A DNA stretch of 64,000 bases from Candidatus Micrarchaeia archaeon (GCA_041650255.1 JBAZLL010000003.1:64801-128800), one strand, 5' to 3'; positions 7,268 to 17,162 are shown, counted from the first letter of the stretch. Program-made: numbers and translations. Notes: generated by a model not told the origin, from the sequence alone.

Positions 7268-8911
7268 ATGGCAAAAAAGGCTCAGTCCTCAACAGAATAT
7301 CTTGCCACCTACGGGTGGGCTATGTTATTGCTCGTGCTTGTCGTCGCATTTTTGGTCGGCTCGGGCATTTTCAATCCTTCAAAATTTGCAAATGAGGAAT
7401 GCACAATACAACCGAATTTGCCCTGCACTGATTATTACGTCGCCGCATACGAAGGAAGAAGTGCATTAGATTTGTCCTTTAATGTTACAAACACCATGGG
7501 CTTTCCGATTGCAATAGTTGGCTATTCGGTTGAAGTGGATAAAATAGAAACCGTCAAATGCAATGAAGCATCATGCGGCTATTTCCTAAAGCAGGGCGAT
7601 TCGGCAGTAATAAACATGAACGATTTTCCCGCCGGATACGACTATACTGAAACCGATTTTGCAAAATTAAAAATAAATATCAAATTCAAAAACTGCAAAG
7701 GAATCGGCTCAACAAAATGCCTGTCCGATGCAACAATTCCAACTTACGAAACCGCCGGAAGAATAAACACTTACCCACGCGGGGTTCCAAGTGGCGGTGT
7801 AATCACACCCTCCTGCAATCTCGGAGCTCGAAGATGTATTGGCAATGTTGTACAAGCGTGCGCAGGCTACGTTCCAAACACATATTGGAAATCAATGGAA
7901 GATTGCGAACTCTCAAATAAAGTTTGCAAAGTGGAGAACGGAATTGCCGCATGCTATGGTAAAGAGGACAACGCATGTGAAGCCGACGAATCAAAATGCT
8001 ATGACAAAACCTACCGAGTCCCGTGCGATGGCGCCACGAACACTTGGGTGGATGTAGGCAGTCTCGGATTGGACAGCCAATGCCCAATGGGTATTTGCAA
8101 AGATATCACGACCTCTGATGGAAAACGCGGCACGCAGTGTGTTCCGGAATGTGATTCATCCTACAAGCCAAATTGCGTTGGAAGCGTTTCTTACACCTGC
8201 AACATGATGGCAGAGCGAATCACCTCCACCGATTGTGCCCTGACTCCCAATGGAGTTTGTGATGAAAACAGCGGAACATGCAAAGTGCAAGTGCACGTGG
8301 ATCTATGCGATGCTGACCATCTCGGAGAGAGAAAATGCAAAGGGGATATAGCTCAAGTATGCTCAGTAGAATGCTCCGGCATGGGACAGCCATTATGGTG
8401 CGACAAGGAGAACTGTGCGCAAAAGGGCGAAACATGCAATAACGGACTTTGCATAGCGGTTGTTCCCGAGGCATGCGAGCCTAATCAGGTGGGTTCAACA
8501 AGATGCAACAGCAAGGGAGATATAGAAAAATGTCTCTTATCCGGTACGTCGTTTGCCTGGTTGTCTGAAGACAAATGCTCTTCAAGAGGTGAAATATGCG
8601 TTGTTGGCAATCCTTGCGTTTGCCAAGAAGTCTGCGAACCCGGAAAATCGCGTTGCAAGGACGGCACCATACAAACATGCGGCACGGATAAAAAATGGGC
8701 TGAAGTTCAAGTCTGCGATTATTATTGCACATTAAAGGTCGATAATCCGGTTTGTGTGGAATGTATATACGCAACCCATTCAAGATGTGATCCCAATGAT
8801 ATCACCAAGCTTATTCATTGCGGTGCGGACTACACATGGAAAACCGGCACAACCGAACAGTGCAAAAACCTCTGTGTTTTCGACAGCCTCGATATGATGC
8901 ACTGCGAATAA
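7268..8911 (+). CDS. Large Cys-rich surface protein with an archaeal class III (type IV pilin-like) signal peptide. Putative pilin or adhesin.
   Basis: The N-terminus MAKKAQSSTEYLATYGWAMLLLVLVVAFLV fits the K-[GA]|Q-x-S-x-E-[FY]-L pilin or DUF361 pattern. The C-terminal approximately 370 aa form about 7 Cys-rich modules such as RRCIGNVVQAC...W...C...C...C. Confidence 0.65.
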   Translation: MAKKAQSSTEYLATYGWAMLLLVLVVAFLVGSGIFNPSKFANEECTIQPNLPCTDYYVAAYEGRSALDLSFNVTNTMGFPIAIVGYSVEVDKIETVKCNEASCGYFLKQGDSAVINMNDFPAGYDYTETDFAKLKINIKFKNCKGIGSTKCLSDATIPTYETAGRINTYPRGVPSGGVITPSCNLGARRCIGNVVQACAGYVPNTYWKSMEDCELSNKVCKVENGIAACYGKEDNACEADESKCYDKTYRVPCDGATNTWVDVGSLGLDSQCPMGICKDITTSDGKRGTQCVPECDSSYKPNCVGSVSYTCNMMAERITSTDCALTPNGVCDENSGTCKVQVHVDLCDADHLGERKCKGDIAQVCSVECSGMGQPLWCDKENCAQKGETCNNGLCIAVVPEACEPNQVGSTRCNSKGDIEKCLLSGTSFAWLSEDKCSSRGEICVVGNPCVCQEVCEPGKSRCKDGTIQTCGTDKKWAEVQVCDYYCTLKVDNPVCVECIYATHSRCDPNDITKLIHCGADYTWKTGTTEQCKNLCVFDSLDMMHCE

Positions 8912-8994
8912 TCTTTTCTCTTTCCTTTACTTACTTTTTTAAACTGTTTTCGCCTAATGTGCTACGGGTAAAAAGAAGGTTGGCGGTAGATAAA

Positions 8995-11900
8995 TTGTAT
9001 TACATAAGCAACATAAAATTCAAAGGCTTCAAATCATTCAAGAATGCGCAGGCACAATTTCCACAGGGCTTTGTGGCACTCGCGGGCCCAAACGGCTCGG
9101 GTAAATCAAATGTCGCCGACGCAATTCGTTTTTGTTTCGGAGAAATGGGCACAAAGGCAATTCGTGTCCGCCGCGCATCCGAACTAGTTAATCTCAATTC
9201 AACTCACGGCGAAGTGACAATCGTAATACAGCACTCAAAAGAGCAAGACAAAAAATTTGAAATAAACCGAACCATTAGCGCCGATGGAAAAACAGGATAC
9301 AAGCTCAACGGAAAAAGCATGACTCGCACAAACGTGCTTGAGGCATTGCGCCCCCACGGTCTTGAAGTCGGCACCCACAACATAATCGCGCAGGGACAAG
9401 TACAGCAAATAGTTGAAATGAATCCAAAGGACAGGCGCGCAATCATTGACCAGGCTGCCGGAATATCCGAATTTGACGACAAGAAAAAAGAGGCATTGGG
9501 CGAGCTTTCAAAAGTTGAGGCAAAAATTTCAGAGGCAAAAATCGTATTGGCGGAACGCGGTGCCTATCTTCTTGAATTGGAAAAAGAAAAAAATGCCGCC
9601 CTCTCGTATCAGGACGCAAAAACACTTCTTGAGCGCTCCCGTGCAACATTGCTTGGAATTGAATATACAAAACTCAACAACCAATTTGACGAACTTCTAA
9701 AATCAAAGGGCGAACTTGCAACTCAAATCGGCGCCCTTGACGAATCCCTCTCAAAGCTTTCAAAATCAAAAGAGGAGCTTGAGGCAAAGCGAAAAGAGCT
9801 TGCGGACAAGATGAGCCAAGGCGGACAGAAAGAGAGCCTTGTAAGCCAAATACAAGAGGCAAAAGTGCAAATCGCACAGCATCAAACTCTCATAACTCAA
9901 AAGCAGGAATCAATAAAGGATTTTGAAACCCAGCTTGCGACTCTGGCTCAAAAGAAAATGGATTTTGGTCGCCAGCTTGCTTCCACAAACGCACAGCTAA
10001 AACAAAAAGAGCAATATCTCATTACCCTAAAAAAAGAACTTGAACAGGCAAAGTTAAACGCGGGCATTTCGGAAGACGACACCACCCACTCATCGGGAAT
10101 TGACAAATTAAACGAAGAGCTTTCGGATGTTCGCGCGAATAAAGCTTCTACAATAGCAAAATGCGAAGGAATACAGGCGCTAATTGAGCACAAGGGCTCG
10201 CTGGCAAAAGAAACAGCCGCCGAGCTTGAGAAGCTCTCATCAACAAAAGGCTCGGACGAGCTTGAAAAAATGTCTGATGAAATAAAAGAATTAAATTCGC
10301 AGCTCACATCTCTTTTTGACAAGGAAAAGAAATTCAACCGCGACATTCCCGATTTGGATAGAAAGCTTCTTGAGGCAAAAGAGCGCGTTGCCGCATTGCG
10401 CGGTTCAGCCTCCCCGGTCGCAAGAAATCCCGCCCTTCTCACCGTACACGCTCTAAAGGAAGCGAAAATGGGCGGAATATATGGTCTTGTATCCGAACTC
10501 ATCAGCCTTGATGAAGAATATCAGCAGGCAGTTGAAGCATCCGCCGGCGGGCGCCTAAACTATGTAGTGGTGGATTCGCTTGATACAGCCGACACAATAA
10601 TTAAAAAATTAAAATCAGAAAAATCCGGAAGATGCTCATTCATTCCGCTTGACAAAATAATAATCGGGCGAAGTGCAAGCGAAAAATTGCCCCCAAGCGC
10701 TCTTGGGCGCATGATTGATTTCATCAAATATTCACCGGAGCTTGATAATGCAATGCGCTATGTCTTTGAGGACACGCTTCTTGTGAACGACGTTTCAACC
10801 GCGAAAAAAATCGGAATAGGCACATGGAGAATGGTGACACTCGGCGGCGAATTGCTTGAGCGCTCCGGAGTGATAAGTGGAGGAACAAACCGTTCAAGCC
10901 TGATGGCACGCTCTTCATTGCAAAAGGCGGAATCCGATGTGGATTCAATAAAATCCGAGCGCGATGCTCTCTACTCGGACCTTTATTCCGTGCGCGACGA
11001 AATGCAAAAATTGCGAAAAGAGCGAGCATCTGCCGAGCTTAAGCTTCGCACAAAAGAGGCGGAGCTTGGCGCCGGCGCAGACAGGCAGGCACGCACCCAA
11101 AAACTCAAAGAATCGCTTTTGGCGCATAACCAAGAGCTTGAAAAACAAAAATCCTCATTGCAGGAACTAACTTCCTCCATTCGCGAGCTTGAGAAAAAAG
11201 AACAATCACTTCTAAGCTCTCTTTGCGCGACAAAAGAAATGCAAGCAAAGCAAAAAGAAGAGTCCAAGAAAAAAGCCGGAGACAGCCAGAAAAAATACGA
11301 GGACGTTTTGGAAAAGCATTCTCAATTCCTCACAGACATAGACTCAAAGAAGCAGGAGTCAAACCTTTTGCAAACCCAAATAGACGAATCCGCACAAGAA
11401 CATTCCCGCGTTTTGGCTTCTCTTGAAGAATGCAAAAAACAAATAAAATCCAGCGAATCCGGCTTGAAGAAATCCGAATCCGAGCTTGCGAAATTTGAGC
11501 AGGCATTGCAGGAAGTCAGCGCTACCGTGAAAAAATATTATGCAAAAATGCAATCATTGCAGTCCGAGCTTGACACACTTGGTGCACAGGAAGGCAAGGC
11601 AAAATTTGAGCGCGATGCACTCGTGCGAACGCAAAACGAGGTAAATATAAAACACGCAACCATTGAGACAAAACTTGTGGATGTAAAGGCGGAATGGGAA
11701 AAATATGCAAGCGTGCAGGCATTTGACAATATTTCAAAATCCGAGCTTGAGCAAAACATCAAATCTTCCGAGGCAAAAATGAACGAGCTTGGCATGGTCA
11801 ATCTAAAGGCGCCCCAGCTTTATGACGAGAAAAAAGCCGAGCTTGAGGGAATCGGGCAAAAGGTCGGCACACTACAAAACGAGAAAGAGGCAGTTCTTTC

Positions 11901-12438
11901 GCTCATAGAAGAAATAGAAACAAAGAAATTGCGATTGTTTAATGAAACATTTAGCGCGGTGAATACTCAATTCAAGAAACTGTTTGCAATGGTGTTCAAA
12001 GGCGAAGGCACTCTTATGCTTGACGATCCATCAAACCCGCTTGATTCCGGGCTTGGAATGCGCGTGCGCGGAATACATGACAAACGTGACAAATATCTGG
12101 AGTCAATGTCCGGAGGCGAGAAAACCCTTCTCGCACTTATGTTAATCTTCTCATTGCAGATGAAAAAGAGCGCCCCCTTCTACATTCTGGATGAGGCGGA
12201 GGCCGCTCTTGACAAGGTGAACGCCTCCAAAATGGCGGACTTTATCCGCCAGATGAGCAAGGGCTCGCAATTCATAACTATCACTCACAACGACGCAATT
12301 CTCTCTGCCGCGGATGTTGTACTCGGAGTAGCGCGCGATGAGAACGGCTCTCGCATTGTCGGAGTGCAACTAAGCCACGGTTCGCAATTTGTAAAAAAAG
12401 AATCTCCAATCACGGAATCTGCAAATCCGATGTCTTAG
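8995..12438 (+). CDS. smc: Chromosome segregation ATPase SMC.
   Basis: The N-terminus LYYISNIKFKGFKSF...ALAGPNGSGKSNVADAIRFCFGE contains Walker A. Long coiled coils flank a hinge (GIYGLVSELISLDEEYQQAVEASAGGRLNYVVVD). The C-terminus MSGGEKTLLALMLIFSL...FYILDEAEAALD contains the signature motif and Walker B. The start is uncertain: in-frame TTG 8995, TTG 8980 or GTG 8959. Confidence 0.9.
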   Translation: MYYISNIKFKGFKSFKNAQAQFPQGFVALAGPNGSGKSNVADAIRFCFGEMGTKAIRVRRASELVNLNSTHGEVTIVIQHSKEQDKKFEINRTISADGKTGYKLNGKSMTRTNVLEALRPHGLEVGTHNIIAQGQVQQIVEMNPKDRRAIIDQAAGISEFDDKKKEALGELSKVEAKISEAKIVLAERGAYLLELEKEKNAALSYQDAKTLLERSRATLLGIEYTKLNNQFDELLKSKGELATQIGALDESLSKLSKSKEELEAKRKELADKMSQGGQKESLVSQIQEAKVQIAQHQTLITQKQESIKDFETQLATLAQKKMDFGRQLASTNAQLKQKEQYLITLKKELEQAKLNAGISEDDTTHSSGIDKLNEELSDVRANKASTIAKCEGIQALIEHKGSLAKETAAELEKLSSTKGSDELEKMSDEIKELNSQLTSLFDKEKKFNRDIPDLDRKLLEAKERVAALRGSASPVARNPALLTVHALKEAKMGGIYGLVSELISLDEEYQQAVEASAGGRLNYVVVDSLDTADTIIKKLKSEKSGRCSFIPLDKIIIGRSASEKLPPSALGRMIDFIKYSPELDNAMRYVFEDTLLVNDVSTAKKIGIGTWRMVTLGGELLERSGVISGGTNRSSLMARSSLQKAESDVDSIKSERDALYSDLYSVRDEMQKLRKERASAELKLRTKEAELGAGADRQARTQKLKESLLAHNQELEKQKSSLQELTSSIRELEKKEQSLLSSLCATKEMQAKQKEESKKKAGDSQKKYEDVLEKHSQFLTDIDSKKQESNLLQTQIDESAQEHSRVLASLEECKKQIKSSESGLKKSESELAKFEQALQEVSATVKKYYAKMQSLQSELDTLGAQEGKAKFERDALVRTQNEVNIKHATIETKLVDVKAEWEKYASVQAFDNISKSELEQNIKSSEAKMNELGMVNLKAPQLYDEKKAELEGIGQKVGTLQNEKEAVLSLIEEIETKKLRLFNETFSAVNTQFKKLFAMVFKGEGTLMLDDPSNPLDSGLGMRVRGIHDKRDKYLESMSGGEKTLLALMLIFSLQMKKSAPFYILDEAEAALDKVNASKMADFIRQMSKGSQFITITHNDAILSAADVVLGVARDENGSRIVGVQLSHGSQFVKKESPITESANPMS

Positions 12439-12513
12439 AGATTGCAATCTGATTCATGCGTCCCTTTTTTGTTCGCAATTTCTTTCTTGGCTTTTTCCTA
12501 TTTTTTATGTCAA

Positions 12514-13698
12514 CTAATTTTTCCACCACTTAACTACCTGTGTGGAATTCATTGACGCATTAATTGAGTAAATTCCATCAGAGCTTGCATTGACATAAAT
12601 GCTTCCAACCTTGTCTGTTCGGTGCAAATTCGCGCCGGAAATAAGTATTCTCTGCAATGTTGTATTACTGGGCAGTCCAAGCTTGTTTGCTCCCACGCTT
12701 ATTACGACCTCTTTCGGGTCAATCTTATCATAAACAATTGACGGAGTCGGCCTTCCCTCTCCGTTCTTTCTCCATTTGTAAACTGCGCATTGAGAGTTTA
12801 TTTTTCCAACAATCGGCGCTTCGGTCTCCTGTGTCAAATCGCTTGGTAAAAACGCGCAGAATTTGCCCATATTTATTTTCAGCACAATTGAATTCGCTTC
12901 CGCATAATTTGCATATTCGCTTTCTTGCGGATTTAGCACCTCAATCTCAAGTACTCCGTGCACAATCGCATCCCCCGCTTTTGGATTTACTACGAATGCC
13001 TCCCGCTTTTGCAATATTTCCATCGCATCCAATGCAAAAAATGACGAAGGCAATTCCTTGGAAACCCACACTTCATACACTGCAAATCTTTTGAGAATCG
13101 CATCCAGCCCGCCCGTTTTTTGCTCGCTCCAGGAAGAAATCACAAGCGCATCAATCTCGTCAACTCCAAGCTCTTTGAGCGTGTCGGATAGATTTTGTGC
13201 ATTCTGTGCAAGCCCCGTGTCAATAAGCATTGTGTAATCGGCAGTCTTCACAAGTGTCGCATCCCCCATTCCCACATCCAAAAAGAGCATTTTGATAGTT
13301 CCTTGTGCCTTCGCGCTTGTTTCTGTTTCGTTTAACAAAATTTGAGATTCATTTTGCGCGGTTCCATTTGTATTTATTGTTCCATTGCCTGCGCTCGCAT
13401 TGCCGACAACGCTGGCATTAATCATACTTGCATTCAAGCTTTCATTTCCAACAGTTGTATTGCTCCCGATTACAGGCGTATTATTTTGTGTTTGCACAGG
13501 CGTTGTTTGAGTAGGTGTGGTTTGCACTGGTGTGGTTTGAGTAGGCGTAGTTTGTCCAATTGGCTTTCCAATAATCACATCGTCCGGATTTGCCCGTGTC
13601 GGGTCTATTCCCGGAGCGGGCGCACCATAAGGAAACAATGCGCATCCACAAAGCATAAACGAGGCAAGAAGAACTGCCGCAATTACAACCATTCTCAT
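12514..13698 (-). CDS. Membrane or lipobox-anchored extracellular MBL-fold hydrolase resembling the ComEC/Rec2 C-terminal domain.
   Basis: The MBL signature LFLDVGMGDATLVKTADYTMLIDTG is the ComEC-type FLDVGQGD...LIDxG pattern. The N-terminus MRMVVIAAVLLASFMLCGC is lipobox-like. A TTPTQTTPVQ x2 linker follows, then a cluster of N-x-S/T sequons. Confidence 0.7.
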   Translation of the reverse strand: MRMVVIAAVLLASFMLCGCALFPYGAPAPGIDPTRANPDDVIIGKPIGQTTPTQTTPVQTTPTQTTPVQTQNNTPVIGSNTTVGNESLNASMINASVVGNASAGNGTINTNGTAQNESQILLNETETSAKAQGTIKMLFLDVGMGDATLVKTADYTMLIDTGLAQNAQNLSDTLKELGVDEIDALVISSWSEQKTGGLDAILKRFAVYEVWVSKELPSSFFALDAMEILQKREAFVVNPKAGDAIVHGVLEIEVLNPQESEYANYAEANSIVLKINMGKFCAFLPSDLTQETEAPIVGKINSQCAVYKWRKNGEGRPTPSIVYDKIDPKEVVISVGANKLGLPSNTTLQRILISGANLHRTDKVGSIYVNASSDGIYSINASMNSTQVVKWWKN

Positions 13699-13783
13699 AA
13701 GTGCAAAACAGAAGCATAAAATAAAAAGACAGCACACGCACTTTGCGCAAGCCATGCAGTAAAATACTCTTTCGCGATTTTTT

Positions 13784-14383
13784 CTATTTGCTCTGCGCCC
13801 TTAGCATCTCCGTTCGCGCAATCTCAAGCTGTCCGCGCGCAACATCCTGCTTTCTTTTAAAATTGGGCAATACGGAATTTGAAAATCTGATAACGGAAAT
13901 CTGTTCGTACAAATCCCCCATCAAATCAAAATAATATTCGGCTTCCTTTGTCCTTCCGGCTTTTAGCTCCTCCAAAATCTGCCTTCTAAACTCCCCTGTC
14001 GCATCGCAAAGCCCAAGCAAATACACCTGCGGGCTCACCTTTAATTTCTTATAATCGGGCAATGGCCAATGCTCAATAGCTGCAAGAAGCAATTTTGCCT
14101 CCACCACTTCCTGCCAAATCGGCGCAAGTAAATAATCCCATTTCTCATCCGATGCCGGAAGCTTTGCAAGCCCCTTATCCAGCGCCTCAAGCTCTTTTTT
14201 GGCAGATGCAATATCTCCATAATGAAGCATCTTTATCGCGGTAGCACACATTCTCACAAGCGGTCTGCTCTTTGAAATAATTTCATCATGCGCTTTCTCA
14301 TTTTTTTCAAGCATTTTTATTATTTCATCAATTCTCAATTCGTTTTTGCTTTTTTTCATGTGTGCCATAACAAAATCTATCAT
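13784..14383 (-). CDS. Translin-family nucleic-acid-binding protein.
   Basis: The protein is all-helical, about 199 aa, and carries the blocks YLLGLCDATGEFRRQILEEL and NFKRKQDVARGQLEIARTEM, typical of the archaeal translin/TRAX family. Confidence 0.65.
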   Translation of the reverse strand: MIDFVMAHMKKSKNELRIDEIIKMLEKNEKAHDEIISKSRPLVRMCATAIKMLHYGDIASAKKELEALDKGLAKLPASDEKWDYLLAPIWQEVVEAKLLLAAIEHWPLPDYKKLKVSPQVYLLGLCDATGEFRRQILEELKAGRTKEAEYYFDLMGDLYEQISVIRFSNSVLPNFKRKQDVARGQLEIARTEMLRAQSK

Positions 14384-14421
14384 GCCCTTATTTTAAAAAC
14401 TGCGCATCCCAATTTTCAAAT

Positions 14422-15102
14422 ATGGAAAAGGAATGGATTGTTCTTTCAGTCGGCGGTTCCTTGCTAAATGATGGCAAGCCAAATGTGCAAATGGCATGTG
14501 CCCTTGCGAAAATATTTGATTCCACCGGCAAAAACATGGCAATAGTGGTTGGCGGAGGCAAAGAAGCCCGAGCCGCTTCGGATTCCGCACGCAAAAAATT
14601 TGGCAATGAATTTGATGCGGATCTTGCAGGAATAAAAATTACAAGAAAAAATGCAAATGTCCTGCGAAAAGCCCTGGGTTCATCTGCCGGAAAAAAAATA
14701 TTTGAAGATTTTGAAGAGGCAAGAGCCGCCTGCAAAAAGCAAAAATACGTTCTCATGGGAGGAACAATTCCGGGCATCACAACAGACGCGGATGCCGCTC
14801 TTTTGGCGGAAGCAATAGGTGCAAAAAAGCTGGTCAACATGAGCAAAACCGCTATTTTTGATTCGGATCCCTCAAAAAATGCAAATGCGAAAAAATTTGA
14901 CATTCTCACACATGCTCAACTTTTGCAATTGGCTCAAAAATCAGACCAAAGAATGGCAGGCACCCATTTCATATTTGATTTGCTTGCCTGCACCCTCATT
15001 GCCCGCTCAAAAATAGAAACTCACTTCATTGATGGGCGAGACGAATCTGATGTGAAAAACGCAATTTTAGGCAAGCGCCACAACGGTTCAATTGTAAAAT
15101 AG
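14422..15102 (+). CDS. pyrH: Uridylate (UMP) kinase, archaeal type.
   Basis: Matching blocks: SVGGS, IVVGGGKEAR, GIKITRKNA, MGGTIPGITTDADAALLAE and the C-terminal HNGSIV. All parallel archaeal PyrH. Confidence 0.85.
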   Translation: MEKEWIVLSVGGSLLNDGKPNVQMACALAKIFDSTGKNMAIVVGGGKEARAASDSARKKFGNEFDADLAGIKITRKNANVLRKALGSSAGKKIFEDFEEARAACKKQKYVLMGGTIPGITTDADAALLAEAIGAKKLVNMSKTAIFDSDPSKNANAKKFDILTHAQLLQLAQKSDQRMAGTHFIFDLLACTLIARSKIETHFIDGRDESDVKNAILGKRHNGSIVK

Positions 15103-15181
15103 CAACAAACCGATTCCAAATAATAATATCAAACCGATTCTAAAATAATACACTTTCGCAATCTTTCAATCTTTTTGCTTT

Positions 15182-15889
15182 CTAATCTCTCACTGTGTCA
15201 TATTTGCTTGCCGGTCTTCCAAGCAAATGAGATGAAAAATAGTTTTGCGTATGAAATAGCAAATATTTCTTATAGCCCCAATTTCTAATTCTGCGCAAAG
15301 AATACATCACAATTGCCGATGGAACAAATTTCACTTTTCCCACTTTTCGCGCTCTCTTAATCAAATCCGTATCCTCTCCGGTTGTAAGCATCACATTCAT
15401 TCCGCCAATTTTTCTAAAAGCGCTGGCTCTAATTGCCATATTGCTTCCCGCCAGATAGTCCATTCCAATAATGCTTGAAATATATGCCGCAAAAAGAGCC
15501 GAATATTTTAACAAAAACACTTCAACAAATCTGCCTTGGTGCGGCACAATCCAGCCGTAAGCGGCGGAAACATTTTTGTCCTCAAACGCTTTTGCGACAT
15601 TTTTAATCCAGTCTTTTTTTGGCAGTGCATCTGCATCGGTATACAAAAATATTTCTCCACTGGCAATATCCGCGCCTGCTTGCCTTCCTGCGGAAATTGT
15701 ATGTGTATGTTCAATCGCCACTTTTGCGCCGTGCTTTCTTGCAATAGAAACAGTATTATCCTTTGAAACCCCATCTGCTACAATAACTTCAACTTCGCCA
15801 TCATATTCTTGCGCTTTTATCGCTTCAATCACTCTTCCAATCACCCTCTCCTCATTAAGCGTTGGAATAATCACTGATACCTTCACCAA
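15182..15889 (-). CDS. Family 2 glycosyltransferase.
   Basis: VSVIIPTLNEERVIGRVIEAIKAQ...EVIVADGVSKDNT...YTDADA shows the GT-A fold DxD-type motifs. Confidence 0.8.
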   Translation of the reverse strand: MVKVSVIIPTLNEERVIGRVIEAIKAQEYDGEVEVIVADGVSKDNTVSIARKHGAKVAIEHTHTISAGRQAGADIASGEIFLYTDADALPKKDWIKNVAKAFEDKNVSAAYGWIVPHQGRFVEVFLLKYSALFAAYISSIIGMDYLAGSNMAIRASAFRKIGGMNVMLTTGEDTDLIKRARKVGKVKFVPSAIVMYSLRRIRNWGYKKYLLFHTQNYFSSHLLGRPASKYDTVRD

Positions 15890-16016
15890 AACCCCTCTAT
15901 CTTGTCAGAAAATATACTGCAATAATTATCAAGCTGATTAAAAATGCGCTGAAAATCAATTGGTCGTTCATTCGATAACCCAACTAAATATTAATCTGCT
16001 ATTATTAAACTTATTC

Positions 16017-17123
16017 ATGAAGGTCGCCTTTGTTTCAGACACTCATTTTGGCTATTCCCGTTTTGAGCAGGACGCGCAAGCACAAGGCGAGTCCGCAATA
16101 TTGGATGCCTGCTCAAAAGCCGACGTTCTTCTGCTTGGCGGGGACATCTTTGACCAACGCATTCCAAAAATGGAAACCCTTGCAAGCACGGCAATCCTTT
16201 TGCAAACCGCGCAAAAAATGCTTCCAAACAATGGCTTTGCAAAAATATTGGGAATTCACGGAACTCACGAATCCCGCTCAAAAGACGCACTCAATCCAAT
16301 CGCTCTCATGGCAAAACTCGGATTAATGGAGGATGTGCACAATCGCACAATCGTGCTTGAGAAAAAATCTTCCGACAATTCTACAGAAAAAATCGCAATT
16401 TCCGGGCTTGGCGGCATTCCCGATGATTTGGTGAAAGAGGCATTGCCGCGCCTTTCCTGCAAACCAATTCCGGACGCGCAAAACTTTTTTCTCTTTCATC
16501 AGACAATGCAGGAATATGTCCCGCAGGCAAAAGGTCTTGCCTCATTAGAAGATTTACCCGCCGGCTATGATTGGTATTTGTGCGGGCACATTCACTCAAA
16601 AAAAGAATTTATGAACAAAAAGCTTCTGATTCCCGGCTCCACCGTTCTCACACAACAAAAAGACGAGGAGCAAAGCCAAAAAGGCTATTTTCTAATTGAT
16701 ACAAAAACAAAGCAGGCAGATTTCATTCAAATAAAAGTGCGCCCTTTTCATGTAAGCGAGCTTGAATTTGAAAACGCGTCCGCAGTGAATGTTCGCATCG
16801 CAGTGCAAAAAGAGCTTGAAAATCTTTTGCAAAAACAATGGGAGGCAAAGCCCATTCTCAAAATCAGGCTAAAGGGCTCGCTCAAAAAAGGCTCTTCGGA
16901 TTTGGATTTGTCCGATATAACTACCGAAAAGGCAATTCTCAGCTTAGACAACCGCCTTGATGGAAATTCACTGCTTGATGAAATAGCGCAACTAAAAGAG
17001 GAGCGGCTCACGCGCGCAACCCCCCTGCAACTCGGAATGTCCATTTTGCGCGTTAATGCAAAAAGAGCCGGCATGAGCGAGGAAAGAGCAATGCAATACT
17101 TTGAAAAATATTCAAATGATTAA
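16017..17123 (+). CDS. mre11: DNA double-strand break repair nuclease Mre11.
   Basis: Calcineurin-like phosphoesterase motifs: MKVAFVSDTHFG, LLLGGDIFD, GIHGTHE, LCGHIHS. I prefer the ATG at 16017. Confidence 0.8.
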   Translation: MKVAFVSDTHFGYSRFEQDAQAQGESAILDACSKADVLLLGGDIFDQRIPKMETLASTAILLQTAQKMLPNNGFAKILGIHGTHESRSKDALNPIALMAKLGLMEDVHNRTIVLEKKSSDNSTEKIAISGLGGIPDDLVKEALPRLSCKPIPDAQNFFLFHQTMQEYVPQAKGLASLEDLPAGYDWYLCGHIHSKKEFMNKKLLIPGSTVLTQQKDEEQSQKGYFLIDTKTKQADFIQIKVRPFHVSELEFENASAVNVRIAVQKELENLLQKQWEAKPILKIRLKGSLKKGSSDLDLSDITTEKAILSLDNRLDGNSLLDEIAQLKEERLTRATPLQLGMSILRVNAKRAGMSEERAMQYFEKYSND

Positions 17124-17162
17124 TGCAACATCTTTTTATTCTTTTCAACACATGATATTCCT

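Noticed and set aside
8818-8994. ORF-track start of SMC at 8818, overlapping the end of the pilin-like gene.
   Set aside because: The first approximately 59 codons overlap the upstream gene and its T-rich 3' region. The conserved SMC N-terminus (YISNIKFKGFKSF) begins at about 8995.
9948-10502. 184-aa minus-strand ORF, plus many other ORFs of 60-100 aa inside 8995..12438.
   Set aside because: They lie antisense or out of frame within the SMC coiled-coil region. The repetitive GAA/AAG codon content generates long spurious frames.
14388-14909. 173-aa minus-strand ORF.
   Set aside because: It lies fully antisense to pyrH, which has strong family motifs. The product is Ala/Ser/Phe-rich low complexity.
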